Position numbers and translations under genes: made by a program
Notes under the pieces: model-generated
The model's database searches: none
Told to the model about the DNA's origin: nothing
What the model saw: the letters and a program-made list of their open reading frames with translations, nothing else
Shown: piece by piece, positions 63,200 to 64,000 of the stretch
How the letters are laid out: each line of letters begins with the position of its first letter
How positions within the stretch are numbered: position 1 is the stretch's first letter
Assembly: GCA_038087875.1 (NCBI GenBank)
Contig: CM075998.1
Coordinates: 5,892,001-5,956,000 of the forward strand
Source of the DNA: Malacoraja senta
Lineage: Eukaryota
Direction of reading: 5' to 3'
Length of the DNA stretch: 64,000 nt

Positions 63200-63850
63200 T
63201 GCAACATGATGCTATCACTCGTCACATTGTTAACGCATTCACTGAAGTGTACAAGATGACTGGCCCTGTACTCAACAAGACAAACTTCCTCTGCTTCCCA
63301 CTCCCCCCACCGATAAAGCTTTGTGGCAATGCCCTGGAACTAGTGCACCAATTCCCATATTTGGGTCGCACCTCACAGCAAAGACAGTTATTGACGATGA
63401 AATTCACCACCGCCTTCAACCCGCCCGCACAGCCTGTGGTCGACTGAGGAAAAGATTGTTGGATCTCAATAGGCCTGAGACAAGCTCATGGTCTACTTGG
63501 CTGAAGCAATCACTGCCCCTCTATATGTTTTTGTGACCTACAGCAGGTAAACTCAAGGTCGGGGAGAAATACAGGTGTCTAAACCATGCGGCTTGCTCAA
63601 TGACCAAGTATAACCAGGGCCTCGTTGGGGATATTGACCTTGGAGAGAACACTAATGTCAGTGTACTTCGCCTTAGAGGATTCTACAAGGCCAATATCCC
63701 CAATGAGGCCCTGGTTATACTCAGCCATTGAGCAAGCCACGTTGTTTACACACCTGATACCAGACTCCCAAAACAGACACCCTACTCTGAGCTCTGTGAA
63801 GGGAGGAGGTTACCAGATGGACAGAGGAAAAGATTCTGAGGGAATCCTGA
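63200..63850 (+). mobile_element. Old RTE-clade LINE RT fragment
   Basis: Across a frameshift: IKLCGNALELVHQFPYLGSHLTAKTVIDDEIHHRLQ..CGRLRKR, typical of RTE ORF2 after the catalytic motif. Confidence 0.75.
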
Positions 63851-64000
63851 GGGAGATGCGAGACTGCAGATGCTGGAATCTGGAGAAAAACCCAGACTGT
63901 TCTAAGAACTCAGCAGGTCAGGCTGCACCCTCGGTGGGTCAGTGGCACAGTGGGTAGAGCTGCTGCCTCTGCACCAGAGGCCCGGGTTCGATTCTGACCT

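Overview
Repeat-dense vertebrate DNA. The repeat complement (HE1-like tRNA/V-SINEs sharing a 3' tail with CR1-like LINEs, abundant Penelope-like ends) suggests a cartilaginous fish, probably a skate or ray. Two 200-N gaps (15922-16121, 56347-56546) split the window into three contigs. Host genes: three internal coding exons of an integrin alpha-7-like gene (+; 1672-1755, 4102-4181, 13845-13922), and a complete four-exon, 319-aa SDR9C retinol dehydrogenase best matching RDH5 (+; 34061-41942), with a candidate promoter and non-coding first exon near 29.0-29.3 kb. Most other ORFs are transposon or simple-repeat read-throughs (CR1, Rex1, RTE, Tx1, HERO, Penelope, PIF/Harbinger, hAT, Tc1/pogo, Helitron). 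Most notable: (i) a probable Helitron carrying an unidentified coding-like cargo and an exact 60-bp copy of nearby host DNA; (ii) minimal hammerhead-ribozyme motifs in Penelope ends, plus a 66-bp multimer and a palindromic composite derived from them that recur at separate loci; (iii) a Harbinger relic with convergent transposase and MADF fragments plus a MITE family; (iv) an inverted duplication of part of rdh5 intron 3 next to a LINE 3' end. All alignments and family calls were made by eye and from memory, with no database searches.
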